Assembly: GCA_963542765.1 (NCBI GenBank)
Contig: CAUTYU010000010.1
Coordinates: 442-64,441, forward strand
Length of the DNA: 64,000 nucleotides
Direction: 5' to 3'
From: an uncultured Desulfovibrionales bacterium
GTDB lineage: Bacteria; Desulfobacterota; Desulfovibrionia; Desulfovibrionales; Desulfomicrobiaceae
How positions within the stretch are numbered: position 1 is the stretch's first letter; each line of letters starts with the position of its first letter. The notes below the pieces were generated by a model. That model searched no databases. It was not told the DNA's origin and saw only the letters and a list, made by a program, of their open reading frames with translations. Shown one piece after another: positions 17,580 through 26,139 of this stretch. The position numbers and the translations under genes were made by a program.

Positions 17580-17998
17580 ACTGGGGAAGTTTTGGTAATA
17601 TCGTTTTTCGTCTGGAACAAACGCCGAAGGAACTTAGCGAAGATTTGAACTATAAATTTGCAATTCATGAGCGAATCGGTCAACGAGGTGTCTATGAATT
17701 TTTAGGACGAGGAGAAAGTAAGATAGAAATTTCTTTTGTTTTAACCTCGCAGAGTTTTGATTCCGCCCGACCAACCGAACACCGCACCCCGAGCGGAAGT
17801 CAAAAAGAAAATCAAGCCGAAGCGACACTTAAAACTTTTGAAAAATATGCCCGAACGGGTGCGGCAAAATCGCTTATCATCGGACAAAAATACAAAGGCG
17901 AATACGTTATTACAAGCATCAAAAAAAAGTGGCAGGAAACGGATATGAGCGGAAGGATTGTCGCCATTTCCGTGCAAATTTCTTTTATGAAAAGCTAA
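17576..17998 (+). CDS. tail protein U (P2 gpU-like)
   Basis: Start at MNWGSFGNIVFRL (ATGA overlap with the previous gene). The pattern F.L...P.....L...FA.HERIG....EFLG..E..I resembles GpU. Confidence 0.75.
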   Translation: MNWGSFGNIVFRLEQTPKELSEDLNYKFAIHERIGQRGVYEFLGRGESKIEISFVLTSQSFDSARPTEHRTPSGSQKENQAEATLKTFEKYARTGAAKSLIIGQKYKGEYVITSIKKKWQETDMSGRIVAISVQISFMKS

Positions 17999-18009
17999 AA
18001 AGGCGAAAA

Positions 18010-18231
18010 ATGGAACGAACATATCTGACCAAAAACGGCGACCGCTGGGATACAATCTCCCAAAAAGCTTACGGCACACCCGAATGCTACCCGCATATCT
18101 GGGAAGCGAACAAAGAGCTGCTCGCACAAATCGACTACCCGCCGCAGATGCCGGGCGGAATACGGCTTATTTTGCCGGACATTGAAAACTCTAGCGAAAA
18201 AACGGCGGAGGTGCCGCCTTGGCGAAAATAA
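18010..18231 (+). CDS. tail protein X (P2 gpX-like, LysM-like)
   Basis: Start at MERTYLTKNGDRWDTISQKAYG (18010). 73 aa ending ..PPWRK. Typical of gpX. Confidence 0.8.
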   Translation: MERTYLTKNGDRWDTISQKAYGTPECYPHIWEANKELLAQIDYPPQMPGGIRLILPDIENSSEKTAEVPPWRK

Positions 18232-19208
18232 AACAGACGATAGCTTCCATAAACTGGCAGGGACAAGATGTTTCAAGCTCGCTTGCTCCCTACCTCGAAG
18301 AGCTGACCTACACCGACAATATTGACTCGGGCAGCAAAGATGAGCTGACCATGCGACTTAACAATTCTTCTGGTAAATTTTGGGGAGAGTGGCTGCCGCA
18401 AAAAGGCGATGAGCTGCGGGCACAAATCCTGTTTCGCAACATCGGTGAAAAATTCACCCGTTTTTCACTCGGCTCGTTCACTTTAGATGAGGTGGATTTT
18501 TCTTTTTCACCCAAGACCTGCTTTGTTCGGGCTTTATCCTACGCGGATATTGACCGGGACCGTTTTAAAAAATCGGTATCAAGAGCTTTTGAGATGACAT
18601 CGCTGAGCGGTCTTTTGACAATGCTTGCCGCTGAAAACTCCCTTGCTCCGCATATCGACTGTCCTGATGTTTTTTTTGACAGAATTGAAATGCGCGGCGA
18701 ATCGCTGGAGGCTTTTTGTACTCGTTTGGCTAAGCAATACGGTTGTAATTTTGCAATAAAAGGAAGCCGGTTTGTTTTTTTACAAGATACTTTAAAAACA
18801 ACGCGTAAAATCTGCTTGTCTCACTTAAGCGGCGGGCAAATCAAATACAAACCGCGTGTCCGTGTCGTTACTGCTGTCATGGAATATTACGACCCACAGC
18901 AAAAAAAAACCTTGTCGTGGACGGAAAAAAAGGACGGCAAGGGTGAAACAAGAAAAATTCACGGCATAGCAAGGAGCCTCGCCGAGGCAAAAACCAGATG
19001 TCAAAATACGCTTAATACCTGTGCAGCCGAAGAAATAACAGCCGACATTTCGCTTGCGGGTATGCCGCTCAGTGCAGGCGAATGCGTTGAACTTGTCGGA
19101 ATAGGAAAACTTGAAGGTATCTACGCTGTCCAAAGAGTCGTCCACACACTAAGTGCTACAAAAGGCTGGACAACTCGGGCAAACCTCAAACATAAGGAGA
19201 AAAAATGA
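18219..19208 (+). CDS. tail protein D (late control D family)
   Basis: 329 aa with a TTG start per the track. Contains FTLDEVDFS and a C-terminal GIYAVQRVVHTLSATKGWTTRANL, similar to gpD. It overlaps the J start. Confidence 0.8.
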   Translation: MAKIKQTIASINWQGQDVSSSLAPYLEELTYTDNIDSGSKDELTMRLNNSSGKFWGEWLPQKGDELRAQILFRNIGEKFTRFSLGSFTLDEVDFSFSPKTCFVRALSYADIDRDRFKKSVSRAFEMTSLSGLLTMLAAENSLAPHIDCPDVFFDRIEMRGESLEAFCTRLAKQYGCNFAIKGSRFVFLQDTLKTTRKICLSHLSGGQIKYKPRVRVVTAVMEYYDPQQKKTLSWTEKKDGKGETRKIHGIARSLAEAKTRCQNTLNTCAAEEITADISLAGMPLSAGECVELVGIGKLEGIYAVQRVVHTLSATKGWTTRANLKHKEKK

Positions 19209-20338
19209 ATACAGATTTAAAAAACCTGTCAAAACCGCAAATTTTAAACGCAACTTACGTCGAAATACTGTCAAAATTAAAAGATCGCTACCGACAAGCA
19301 ACAGGAGTCAATTTGACGGCAAGTTCGCCGGAAATTTTTCTGCTTGAAAATATGGCATACCAATACATTGTTTTGCAGGAAAAAATCAATGAAGAATCGC
19401 TGTCCAATCTTTTGCCTTTTGCGACCGGAAAACGCCTTGATTGTCTTGGAGCATTTAAAAACTGTCCCAGACTGAAAAAACGTCCGGCAATGACGACCCT
19501 GCAGTTTACTCTGCATCAAAACAATTCCCCTGTTTTACTCAAAAAAGGAATCAGAGTCAGCACAAAAGACGGTTGTATCTTTGCAACAACCGAACAAAAA
19601 CTGGTCGAACCGAATACCGTTAATATTGATATTCCGGCTTGTGCCGTCGAGACCGGAGAAAGCAGCAACGGCTATTTGGCAGGAGAAATAAATCAGCTTC
19701 TTGAACCGCTGTCCTTTGTCGAACATGTTCAAAATACTACTTTGACGGTCGGCGGCGGAGATGATGAGTCGGATGAAAGATACGCTCAGCGTATCTACGA
19801 AAGCAATTTTACATATTCAACCGCAGGACCGAGGGAAAATTATATTTATCAAGCAAAATCCGCTCATCAGACCATTTGTTCCGTTTCTTGCTGGTCGCCG
19901 TCGGCGGGTGTCGTTTGTATCTGTCCTCTTACGCGAAATATCTTAGGGGGCTGCCTGCCGTCGCCGGAAATACTGGCTCTTGTGGAAGAGAAACTCACAG
20001 ACTCCAAAAGCCGACCGCTTACGGATTGCGTTAAAATTGTCAGTCCCGTGCGTTTTGAATGGAAACTTACAGCAACAGTCGTCATCTATGCTAAGTATTC
20101 TGCACTGTTTGAAAGCATAAAAAAAGAATGTACCAAGCGGTGCGAACAACTGACTAAAAACTGGTCGCTCGAACTTGGAAGAGACATCGTCCCCGAAGCG
20201 ATTGTCGCCGAGCTGCAAGCGGTACACGGAGTCTATAGAGCAGTTGTAGCAAGCCCCGAATATAAAAGGCTTGAAAACAACGAATTTTCCTTTTGCTCCG
20301 AAATATGCATTGAGGCTGAGATAATCGATGAAGACTGA
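19205..20338 (+). CDS. baseplate assembly protein J
   Basis: 377 aa. The N-terminus PQILNATYVEILSKLKDRY....GVNLTASSPEIFLLENMAYQ is typical of Baseplate_J. An ATGA overlap links it to gpD. Confidence 0.9.
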   Translation: MNTDLKNLSKPQILNATYVEILSKLKDRYRQATGVNLTASSPEIFLLENMAYQYIVLQEKINEESLSNLLPFATGKRLDCLGAFKNCPRLKKRPAMTTLQFTLHQNNSPVLLKKGIRVSTKDGCIFATTEQKLVEPNTVNIDIPACAVETGESSNGYLAGEINQLLEPLSFVEHVQNTTLTVGGGDDESDERYAQRIYESNFTYSTAGPRENYIYQAKSAHQTICSVSCWSPSAGVVCICPLTRNILGGCLPSPEILALVEEKLTDSKSRPLTDCVKIVSPVRFEWKLTATVVIYAKYSALFESIKKECTKRCEQLTKNWSLELGRDIVPEAIVAELQAVHGVYRAVVASPEYKRLENNEFSFCSEICIEAEIIDED

Positions 20339-20376
20339 AAACGCCAAAGAGCGATTCGACGGCAAGGAATAAAAAA

Positions 20377-20411
20377 TCGGCAACCCTTTTAATATATTGA
20401 GGGGTTGCCGA
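20377..20411. terminator. bidirectional terminator between gpJ (+) and the early operon (-)
   Basis: 10-bp stem tcggcaaccc / gggttgccga, with T6 following on the minus strand and cttttc on the plus strand. A second small hairpin with T8 lies at 20427..20450 (+). Confidence 0.6.
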
Positions 20412-20448
20412 CTTTTCAAATTAAATACGGCGATACCTGCCGTTTTTT

Positions 20449-20643
20449 TTATAAATCGAATTGCAACTGGTAAAACTTAGGATTTTTTATTTCCTCGTCT
20501 ATCTGTTTAAACACCAGCCAGCGGTTAAGTTTAAAAGCGAAAAAATCATACTGTCTGACCTTTCGCTGCACCGTTCGCGAACAGCAATCAAATACAGACC
20601 CCACGGTTACCAGTTGTATCCGATTAGAACTCTGCTTCTCCAT
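20449..20643 (-). CDS. small HTH DNA-binding protein (excisionase/AlpA-like HTH_17 pattern)
   Basis: 64 aa. VTVGSVFDCCSRTVQRKVRQYDFFAFKLNRWLVFKQIDEEI resembles HTH_17 (...S..T..R....G.....K.G.RW.....). It is the last gene of the early operon and could be a middle or late regulator. Confidence 0.45.
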   Translation of the reverse strand: MEKQSSNRIQLVTVGSVFDCCSRTVQRKVRQYDFFAFKLNRWLVFKQIDEEIKNPKFYQLQFDL

Positions 20644-20848
20644 AATTAGACCTCTCCCAAATTAAATCGGCATAATCTTTGACAGAAAATTTTCCCACAA
20701 GACCCAGTTTTGAATAAAGCATATTTTGGTCAAGTCGGTCATAAAGCTTAAAATACCTACAAAATTCCTGAATTGTAAAACCTTCAACCGGAATATGCTT
20801 TTTTAAAAACTCTGTAAGTTCTTCTTTTGTCTCGGGTGAATATATCAT
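20624..20848 (-). CDS. hypothetical early protein
   Basis: 74 aa, overlapping its neighbours at both ends (coupled). No family recognised. Confidence 0.45.
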   Translation of the reverse strand: MIYSPETKEELTEFLKKHIPVEGFTIQEFCRYFKLYDRLDQNMLYSKLGLVGKFSVKDYADLIWERSNYGEAEF

Positions 20849-21402
20849 ATTTCTTTTTCCTTAAATTTTTCTGCCAATTTAGTATTGATTTCTTGCAACT
20901 TTTTTAAGGTATACATCTGTTTTTCCGATAAGTCAGCCTTATCTTCATGTTTTTCAATGGAAACGGCTCTAAAAGAAGCTCGTTTTTCCTTTTCCGCAAC
21001 CTCTCTTTCAAATTCCCGACTTGCTTTTTCATAGGCAACGGCTCGTAAGTAGTTGTGGTTTTTAATCGGTCTTTTAAGTTTGCCGACAGCTTCCATTTCA
21101 AGCATCGTTTTGACAGCTTCTTCCCAATAGTGAGGGGAGTTCGCATAAATTCTCCCCCCGTCCCATTGGATATCCTTTGCCTTTACCAAAGCGTCAAGTT
21201 CCGAAATCAGTCGACATACTCTTTCCCACGACAAAACTCTGTTCGAGTTCGGCACCCGAAAAAGCCCCAGATACGACCAAATCGTCTGTGCAAGCGAACC
21301 GGTGAGCTTTGAGGCGACAACCACCGCATTTTTGGCGTGATTGTCGGTCAAAAACACCTCAAAGCCCCCCGTTAGCCCGCAGTTTGGACAATTCGCTTTC
21401 AT
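20845..21402 (-). CDS. hypothetical early protein with N-terminal CxxC zinc-ribbon-like motif and C-terminal coiled coil
   Basis: 185 aa, beginning MKANCPNCGLTGGF. No confident family. Confidence 0.5.
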   Translation of the reverse strand: MKANCPNCGLTGGFEVFLTDNHAKNAVVVASKLTGSLAQTIWSYLGLFRVPNSNRVLSWERVCRLISELDALVKAKDIQWDGGRIYANSPHYWEEAVKTMLEMEAVGKLKRPIKNHNYLRAVAYEKASREFEREVAEKEKRASFRAVSIEKHEDKADLSEKQMYTLKKLQEINTKLAEKFKEKEI

Positions 21403-21412
21403 GCTTTTCCCT

Positions 21413-22009
21413 TTACGCTATGTGTTCATAACTACCGTCGCAGCGGCGCTCATACAAACGGATATATTCCTTGCTCTCAACGACGTGCAAAGAATCGTTA
21501 ATAGCGTTCATCGCCTGTTTCCATTTCGGATTATCAATATTAAGTCTGCGCAAATCTAAAATTCGTCGCAAGTTAAGCCGCCCCTGTTTGTCAACATTAA
21601 AAGCATCGGCAACAAGCAGTCTAAGTTCGTCTCCCGCATTTTTTGACCATTCGACAATACACTCGTCAATCAAAGCCTTGGCGGCATGCAGCTGTTCCGT
21701 AAAAATAATTTTGTCCGCAATTCGTTTTTGGACTTTGTACTTACCGTCGAAAGAATAAAGAGTTATATTGCCTTTTATTCCGCCGATTGCCGCACCGTAC
21801 CTGTCTGCCATTTTATGACAAAAAGCGTCCATCAGTTCCGAATTTTTGTCTTCAGCTTTTTTAAGTTCTGCCTTCGCACTTGCAAGCCCGCAAACAATTT
21901 CCATGACGACTCCATGTCTTTCCAAATCAAGCGGTTTAATCTTCGATTTCGGAACTTGAACCCCGTTTTTGTCCGTTAAAAATTCTTCTTTTTTAAAAAA
22001 ACCTAACAT
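21413..22009 (-). CDS. DUF3164-like Mu-type early protein
   Basis: 198 aa. Its length, position after MuB and overall pattern resemble DUF3164 proteins common in Mu-like early regions. Confidence 0.6.
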   Translation of the reverse strand: MLGFFKKEEFLTDKNGVQVPKSKIKPLDLERHGVVMEIVCGLASAKAELKKAEDKNSELMDAFCHKMADRYGAAIGGIKGNITLYSFDGKYKVQKRIADKIIFTEQLHAAKALIDECIVEWSKNAGDELRLLVADAFNVDKQGRLNLRRILDLRRLNIDNPKWKQAMNAINDSLHVVESKEYIRLYERRCDGSYEHIA

Positions 22010-22203
22010 TTTTCGTCTCCCAAATTAAAATTTTTATTAAAATCATTAACAATTAAAGCCGATTGCTCCATTTCCCATGCATCTTGTACACATCGGTTGA
22101 GATGTGTTTGTATCGCCCGCAAATAATCGGCATCGATGTTATCAACTCTGCGAAACATTTCCCCCAATGAATTTACTGCTTTTTGAATTTCATCACTTAA
22201 CAT
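22003..22203 (-). CDS. hypothetical early protein
   Basis: 66 aa, acidic and helical, in the operon downstream of the MuB-like gene. Confidence 0.45.
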   Translation of the reverse strand: MLSDEIQKAVNSLGEMFRRVDNIDADYLRAIQTHLNRCVQDAWEMEQSALIVNDFNKNFNLGDEKC

Positions 22204-22219
22204 TTTGATTTCTCCTTAT

Positions 22220-22948
22220 TTAATTGTTTCGTCTGTTTGCAGTCCAGGAAAGAGCGGCTTCCAGCACCGCCGGTGTCAGTCCGCTCAATCCGTTGGCATC
22301 ACAAATCCGCTTGCACTCATCGGCAAGCTCCAATGCCTCGCCCCAGTTACCTTTGCGGCAATTTAGCCAAAAATTTTTGGCAACCGCCTTTTCCACTTCA
22401 CCGAAAACGGGCTTTAAAATATGCAAATATGTCTCGCTAACCGTAAGACTACCCATTCTAACCCGTTTTGCCCCGATACGCCGTCCCAGCTGCAACAAAA
22501 GCGGACGGGTGCGAACGCTGGTAAACTGCCTTTCGTACAGCTCGGTACCGACCAGCAAAACAGCAAATCCGCATTCGTCTGCCAAAAACCGCAAGGCTTC
22601 CAAGCCTTTCCAATTGAGCTTGTTTGCTTCGTCAACGATTAAAAGCGGTCTGCGGTCTTCAAACTTCTCGGCATACTCCCGCAAGGCATTAAAAAGCCTA
22701 TTCGCCTTGTAACGACTGCCAAAGACCTCTTCGCTCACTTCCGCAAGCAACCCCGCTCTGGTCATGCCCTCGTAAGCACAGACTCGAAAACCACCTACAG
22801 CTTTTGCAAGCATGCGGGTTGTAAAGGTCTTGCCTGTTCCCGTTTCGCCGACCAGCTCCCCAATGGCGCTGTGTCTGGCAGTTTGTAAAAGCTGCACAAG
22901 CTCGCTTGCTTCTTTTACAAACTTTGTACTAGCCAATTCTTTAATCAT
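22220..22948 (-). CDS. MuB-like AAA+ ATPase (transposition target-DNA activator)
   Basis: 242 aa. Walker A is GETGTGKTF and Walker B is LLIVDEANKL. It lies downstream of the transposase. Confidence 0.85.
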   Translation of the reverse strand: MIKELASTKFVKEASELVQLLQTARHSAIGELVGETGTGKTFTTRMLAKAVGGFRVCAYEGMTRAGLLAEVSEEVFGSRYKANRLFNALREYAEKFEDRRPLLIVDEANKLNWKGLEALRFLADECGFAVLLVGTELYERQFTSVRTRPLLLQLGRRIGAKRVRMGSLTVSETYLHILKPVFGEVEKAVAKNFWLNCRKGNWGEALELADECKRICDANGLSGLTPAVLEAALSWTANRRNN

Positions 22949-23163
22949 AAAACCTCCTTAGTTGGTTGAGCAAAGCCGAAATCAAGACCACCAAAGCCCT
23001 GTTCCGTCTCTTTTCTTTCCCTGTATTTTTCCCAAAAACCATTGCTTCGCAGTCGCAAATACTCCATTCTGCACTCAAAACTCCCGCACAAAATCTGTTT
23101 GTACTGTCTGGGCGTAAATTTTGTATTGCAAACCATACATCTGCGGCGGTTTTTTTGTTTCAT
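22945..23163 (-). CDS. small zinc-ribbon protein between the transposase and ATPase genes
   Basis: 72 aa containing CMVCNTKF....ILCGSFEC (CxxC...CxxxxC). It overlaps the MuB-like start by 4 nt. Confidence 0.5.
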   Translation of the reverse strand: MKQKNRRRCMVCNTKFTPRQYKQILCGSFECRMEYLRLRSNGFWEKYRERKETEQGFGGLDFGFAQPTKEVL

Positions 23164-23166
23164 CTT

Positions 23167-25209
23167 TTATTCCCACCCCGCCAATTTTAAAGCACGTAAC
23201 TCGGGGTCTTCTTCAATCCCAAAACGATTTGCTTTTAACTTTTCTAAATCCGTGCTTTTTTCCGATAAACTCAGCACTTCTTGGGCGAGTTTATGCCTGC
23301 TTTTATAAAGCTGCTGCACTTCGGCATCGGCAACGCTGATTCTGCCTGCATTTTCGTCTGTAGCCGCAATTGCTTCCCGTACTCCGGCAAGTCTGGCAAA
23401 TTCTTTCATCAAATCCCGCGGGTCGAGCCAACTGACCTGCCCTTTCATTACCACTACCGATTTGCGGGCGTTGATTGCCAGCTTGTGGGCATATTTCGCC
23501 CCCTCGGGGTCGGTGTGGGCAAAAACCGGCATAGGTTTGGCGACACAAAGCAGCTTGTTTTCCCGAAATACGTATGCACAAACGGGATTATGTCGCGGAA
23601 ATCGAACCGGCAGCACCTCGCCGTCATACAAATGCAATTTCTCGTGATAATACCTCCAGCCGCCGACATTGACCGTACCGGCTATGATTTTTCGCTCCTC
23701 GCGGTCGGAAAAGGCGAGCATAAGCGCCTCTTCGTCCACCGTTATTTTTTTCCAGCCACGAGCGACAAATTCATTCAAAACTTGGATAGGCGAGCGGTTT
23801 TGCATATGCGTTCCGCCCTGTTGCACGGCGTGATAATAAGGGATTGCCTCGCTAAAAAATGTTTTTAAATCCTCAAGCGGCGCGGCTTCGGGCTTTTTGC
23901 CCAGACACCGCGTGCGTTGGACCATGCGGTTGCCGCCTGCGTAGAGAGGGTGCCAGCTGAGATAATGGGCAAGGGTCGAAAAAATGCCTTCGAGGTTTTT
24001 TGCACGCGGGTGAAAGGGTTTTGAACGGTAGACCCGACCCTCTTCTCCGCCGACCTGTATGCCGCTGAAAGCTCCGCCCGTGAGCAGGGTGAGGTCTTTC
24101 CAAACGGTCAGCATTTCCGTCCAGTTGTATTCCGAGCCGTTATCCAAATATAGCTGCTTGGGCATACCCCACGGCGAATTGGCACACATCGAAGCAAAGG
24201 ACAGGGCGATATGCTCCCGCCGAACCCCCATGCCTTTTTCCGGCAAATAACCCGTTACATAAATCATATTTGTGGCTGCATCCTGCCAGACGATAAGCCT
24301 CGCCCATGCCAGCTTGCCGTCGGCTCGAAGCACCGGAATGTCGGCAGGCGACACATCGCCGAAAACCAAATCACCCGGCTCGAAGCTCTCACGACTGCGA
24401 TAAATGGCGGTCTGGTGTTGATCATAAAATTTTTTAGCCTGCCGGTCGTAAACGGCGATACGTTTATATCGTTTTTCCGCCTCGACAAATCGGCGCGGCA
24501 CTTTCGAAAGAAGCTGTGCCAGAGACGGAATAACCCCCGCCTCAACACTCAGACGATACAAAATCGGAGCTGCCAAATTGGCGACCTGTCTGGAGCTGAC
24601 ATCGCCCTGTCCCCACAAACCCCGTACGGCAAGCCGAAGCAAGCCGCTTATCTTTTCTGCGGCTTCTTCCGACAGCCCCGCACCGATTGCGGCTTCGTCC
24701 CATTTTTTACCGATAAAAACCCGACTCCTCCCGTTATCCGCACGCCTCTTGCTCATCAGTGCCGTCATACCGCCTTTTTTGTACGCGGCTTCCCAGCGGT
24801 ACAATGTCGCGGGGCTGATTCCGTGAGCAGCTGCGAGGGTCTTTGCCCGCTCCCGCCTGCCTTTTGATTCACGAGGTAAGGAAAGAAGCGGTTCGATAAT
24901 ACGGTAACGCTCAAGAGCAACGCTCGCCTGTTTTTGAGAACTGCCGACATAAGCGGTACTCACCTCGGCAAAAGACGGAAGAGCAGGAGAAGTCGGAGGG
25001 AGAGCGGAAATAATTGTATCTTTTAATTTCGTTTTTTCAGCCGCTATAAGAGCGTCTTTGACATCTTGCGGAAGGGCAGAAAACGGAAAAATCTTACCGC
25101 CGCCGCGACCGCTACGAGGTTGAAACGCCCAGTTCTCGGCGGCGGCTCGGGAATTAATAGCACGCACTGTTACTCCCATCTCTTTAGCAATCATTTTGCT
25201 TGTCATCAT
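23167..25209 (-). CDS. Mu-type DDE transposase (MuA-like)
   Basis: 680 aa. It has N-terminal HTH-like DNA-binding regions. Catalytic-core-like motifs are IVWQDAATN, LYLDNGSEY and HPRAKNLEGIF (D, D, E). A Mu-transposase-like C-terminal region is present. Confidence 0.9.
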   Translation of the reverse strand: MMTSKMIAKEMGVTVRAINSRAAAENWAFQPRSGRGGGKIFPFSALPQDVKDALIAAEKTKLKDTIISALPPTSPALPSFAEVSTAYVGSSQKQASVALERYRIIEPLLSLPRESKGRRERAKTLAAAHGISPATLYRWEAAYKKGGMTALMSKRRADNGRSRVFIGKKWDEAAIGAGLSEEAAEKISGLLRLAVRGLWGQGDVSSRQVANLAAPILYRLSVEAGVIPSLAQLLSKVPRRFVEAEKRYKRIAVYDRQAKKFYDQHQTAIYRSRESFEPGDLVFGDVSPADIPVLRADGKLAWARLIVWQDAATNMIYVTGYLPEKGMGVRREHIALSFASMCANSPWGMPKQLYLDNGSEYNWTEMLTVWKDLTLLTGGAFSGIQVGGEEGRVYRSKPFHPRAKNLEGIFSTLAHYLSWHPLYAGGNRMVQRTRCLGKKPEAAPLEDLKTFFSEAIPYYHAVQQGGTHMQNRSPIQVLNEFVARGWKKITVDEEALMLAFSDREERKIIAGTVNVGGWRYYHEKLHLYDGEVLPVRFPRHNPVCAYVFRENKLLCVAKPMPVFAHTDPEGAKYAHKLAINARKSVVVMKGQVSWLDPRDLMKEFARLAGVREAIAATDENAGRISVADAEVQQLYKSRHKLAQEVLSLSEKSTDLEKLKANRFGIEEDPELRALKLAGWE

Positions 25210-25211
25210 CT

Positions 25212-25403
25212 TTATTTGTTCTCGCCTTTAATACCAAGAGCAATAGCGACTAAATGAGCCTGCCCACGAACTCCACGCCGACGACCCGCAATAACTTCAT
25301 ATACTGTTTTTTCGTGAAAATTATTTTCTTTTGCCCATTTTCGGATTGTCAAACCTTGCATTGTAAAATAATCTCTAACTTCTTGACAGGTTTTAGTTTT
25401 CAT
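25212..25403 (-). CDS. Ner-like / HTH_35 small DNA-binding regulator
   Basis: 63 aa. LTIRKWAKENNFHEKTVYEVIAGRRRGVRGQAHLVAIALG matches the Ner/BcepMu gp16-like pattern. It is the first gene of the early operon, divergent from the repressor. Confidence 0.75.
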   Translation of the reverse strand: MKTKTCQEVRDYFTMQGLTIRKWAKENNFHEKTVYEVIAGRRRGVRGQAHLVAIALGIKGENK

Positions 25404-25500
25404 AAAGACCCCTTTTATGCTCCCTTACGTGGAACTTCGTGGGATATAGACCATAAAAGGAGACTTTGTCAAGCAAAAAAGACCCTTTTTTTATCTTTTT

Positions 25501-25622
25501 TTACTTCCAAGTTCCAAATCAGTAACCAAGAAGATTGTTATATAAATTCAATAGGTTGCTAACTTGGAAGTAAATTTTAAACTTGAAAGATTACTTCCAA
25601 GTTCGACAGTTAAACTTGGAAG
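25501..25622. promoter_or_regulatory. operator array: five copies of a CTTCCAAGTT / AACTTGGAAG half-site between the ner-like and repressor genes
   Basis: Copies are at 25501..25513 (fwd), 25561..25573 (rev), 25580..25589 (rev, 1 mismatch), 25591..25603 (fwd) and 25613..25622 (rev). The last copy abuts the repressor SD (aggag). Confidence 0.6.
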
Positions 25623-25638
25623 CAGGAGATGATGAACA

Positions 25639-26079
25639 ATGACAATTAGTTTGAGATTGAAAAAATGGCGACAAATACTGGGCGTTACACAAATAGAATT
25701 TTGTGAACAAGCAAATATTGCTTTAGGCGTTTTAAAAAAATATGAAGCAGGTACAAGCATTCCGGGCGGAGAAACTCTTTCTAAAATGGCAAATACCGGA
25801 TTAAATATCCACTGGCTACTTACCGGCGAAGGCTCAATGAGTAGCGATACGGGCGAAGATGACGAGCAAAAATCTTTGACCATACAAGACTTGCCACAAC
25901 TGCAACGATATGAGAAACGATTGGAGGCTATTTTAAAACTCATGGCAGACATAGAAAATGAACAGGAACGAGATGCGTTGATAAGTGAGATATTCGCCCG
26001 TGTTTCAAGTGCGAAACAACTAGATGAGCTAAAACAGCTGGTCACAAAACTTTCAATAAATCAAGCCAAAACAGGCTAA
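25639..26079 (+). CDS. phage repressor, XRE/Cro-C1 HTH family (Mu c analogue)
   Basis: 146 aa. LKKWRQILGVTQIEFCEQANIALGVLKKYEAGTSIPGGETLSKMANTGLNIHWLLTGEG is a classic HTH_3 domain. The gene is divergent from the early operon. Confidence 0.8.
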   Translation: MTISLRLKKWRQILGVTQIEFCEQANIALGVLKKYEAGTSIPGGETLSKMANTGLNIHWLLTGEGSMSSDTGEDDEQKSLTIQDLPQLQRYEKRLEAILKLMADIENEQERDALISEIFARVSSAKQLDELKQLVTKLSINQAKTG

Positions 26080-26139
26080 ATTATCTGTCAGCTATTTTAT
26101 ATATAAATAAATATATTAAGGTAATGAACATAATAAAAA

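Noticed and set aside
971-20448. Gin/Cin-type invertible segment as an explanation for J being separated from I/H
   Set aside because: No serine or tyrosine recombinase gene is in the window. I found no matching inverted repeats at 971..1096 versus 20339..20448. A single inversion would still not restore the canonical order. An invertase further along the fibre region, outside the window, cannot be excluded.
22224-24867. Plus-strand ORFs (162, 195 and 218 aa, and smaller ones) opposite the MuB-like and MuA-like genes
   Set aside because: They are shadow ORFs in GC-richer coding DNA. The minus-strand genes have Walker and DDE motifs.
25548-26045. 165-aa minus-strand ORF, longer than the repressor it overlaps
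   Set aside because: Its Ser/Cys-rich composition is implausible. The plus-strand ORF has a textbook XRE HTH and an SD, so the minus-strand ORF is a shadow ORF.
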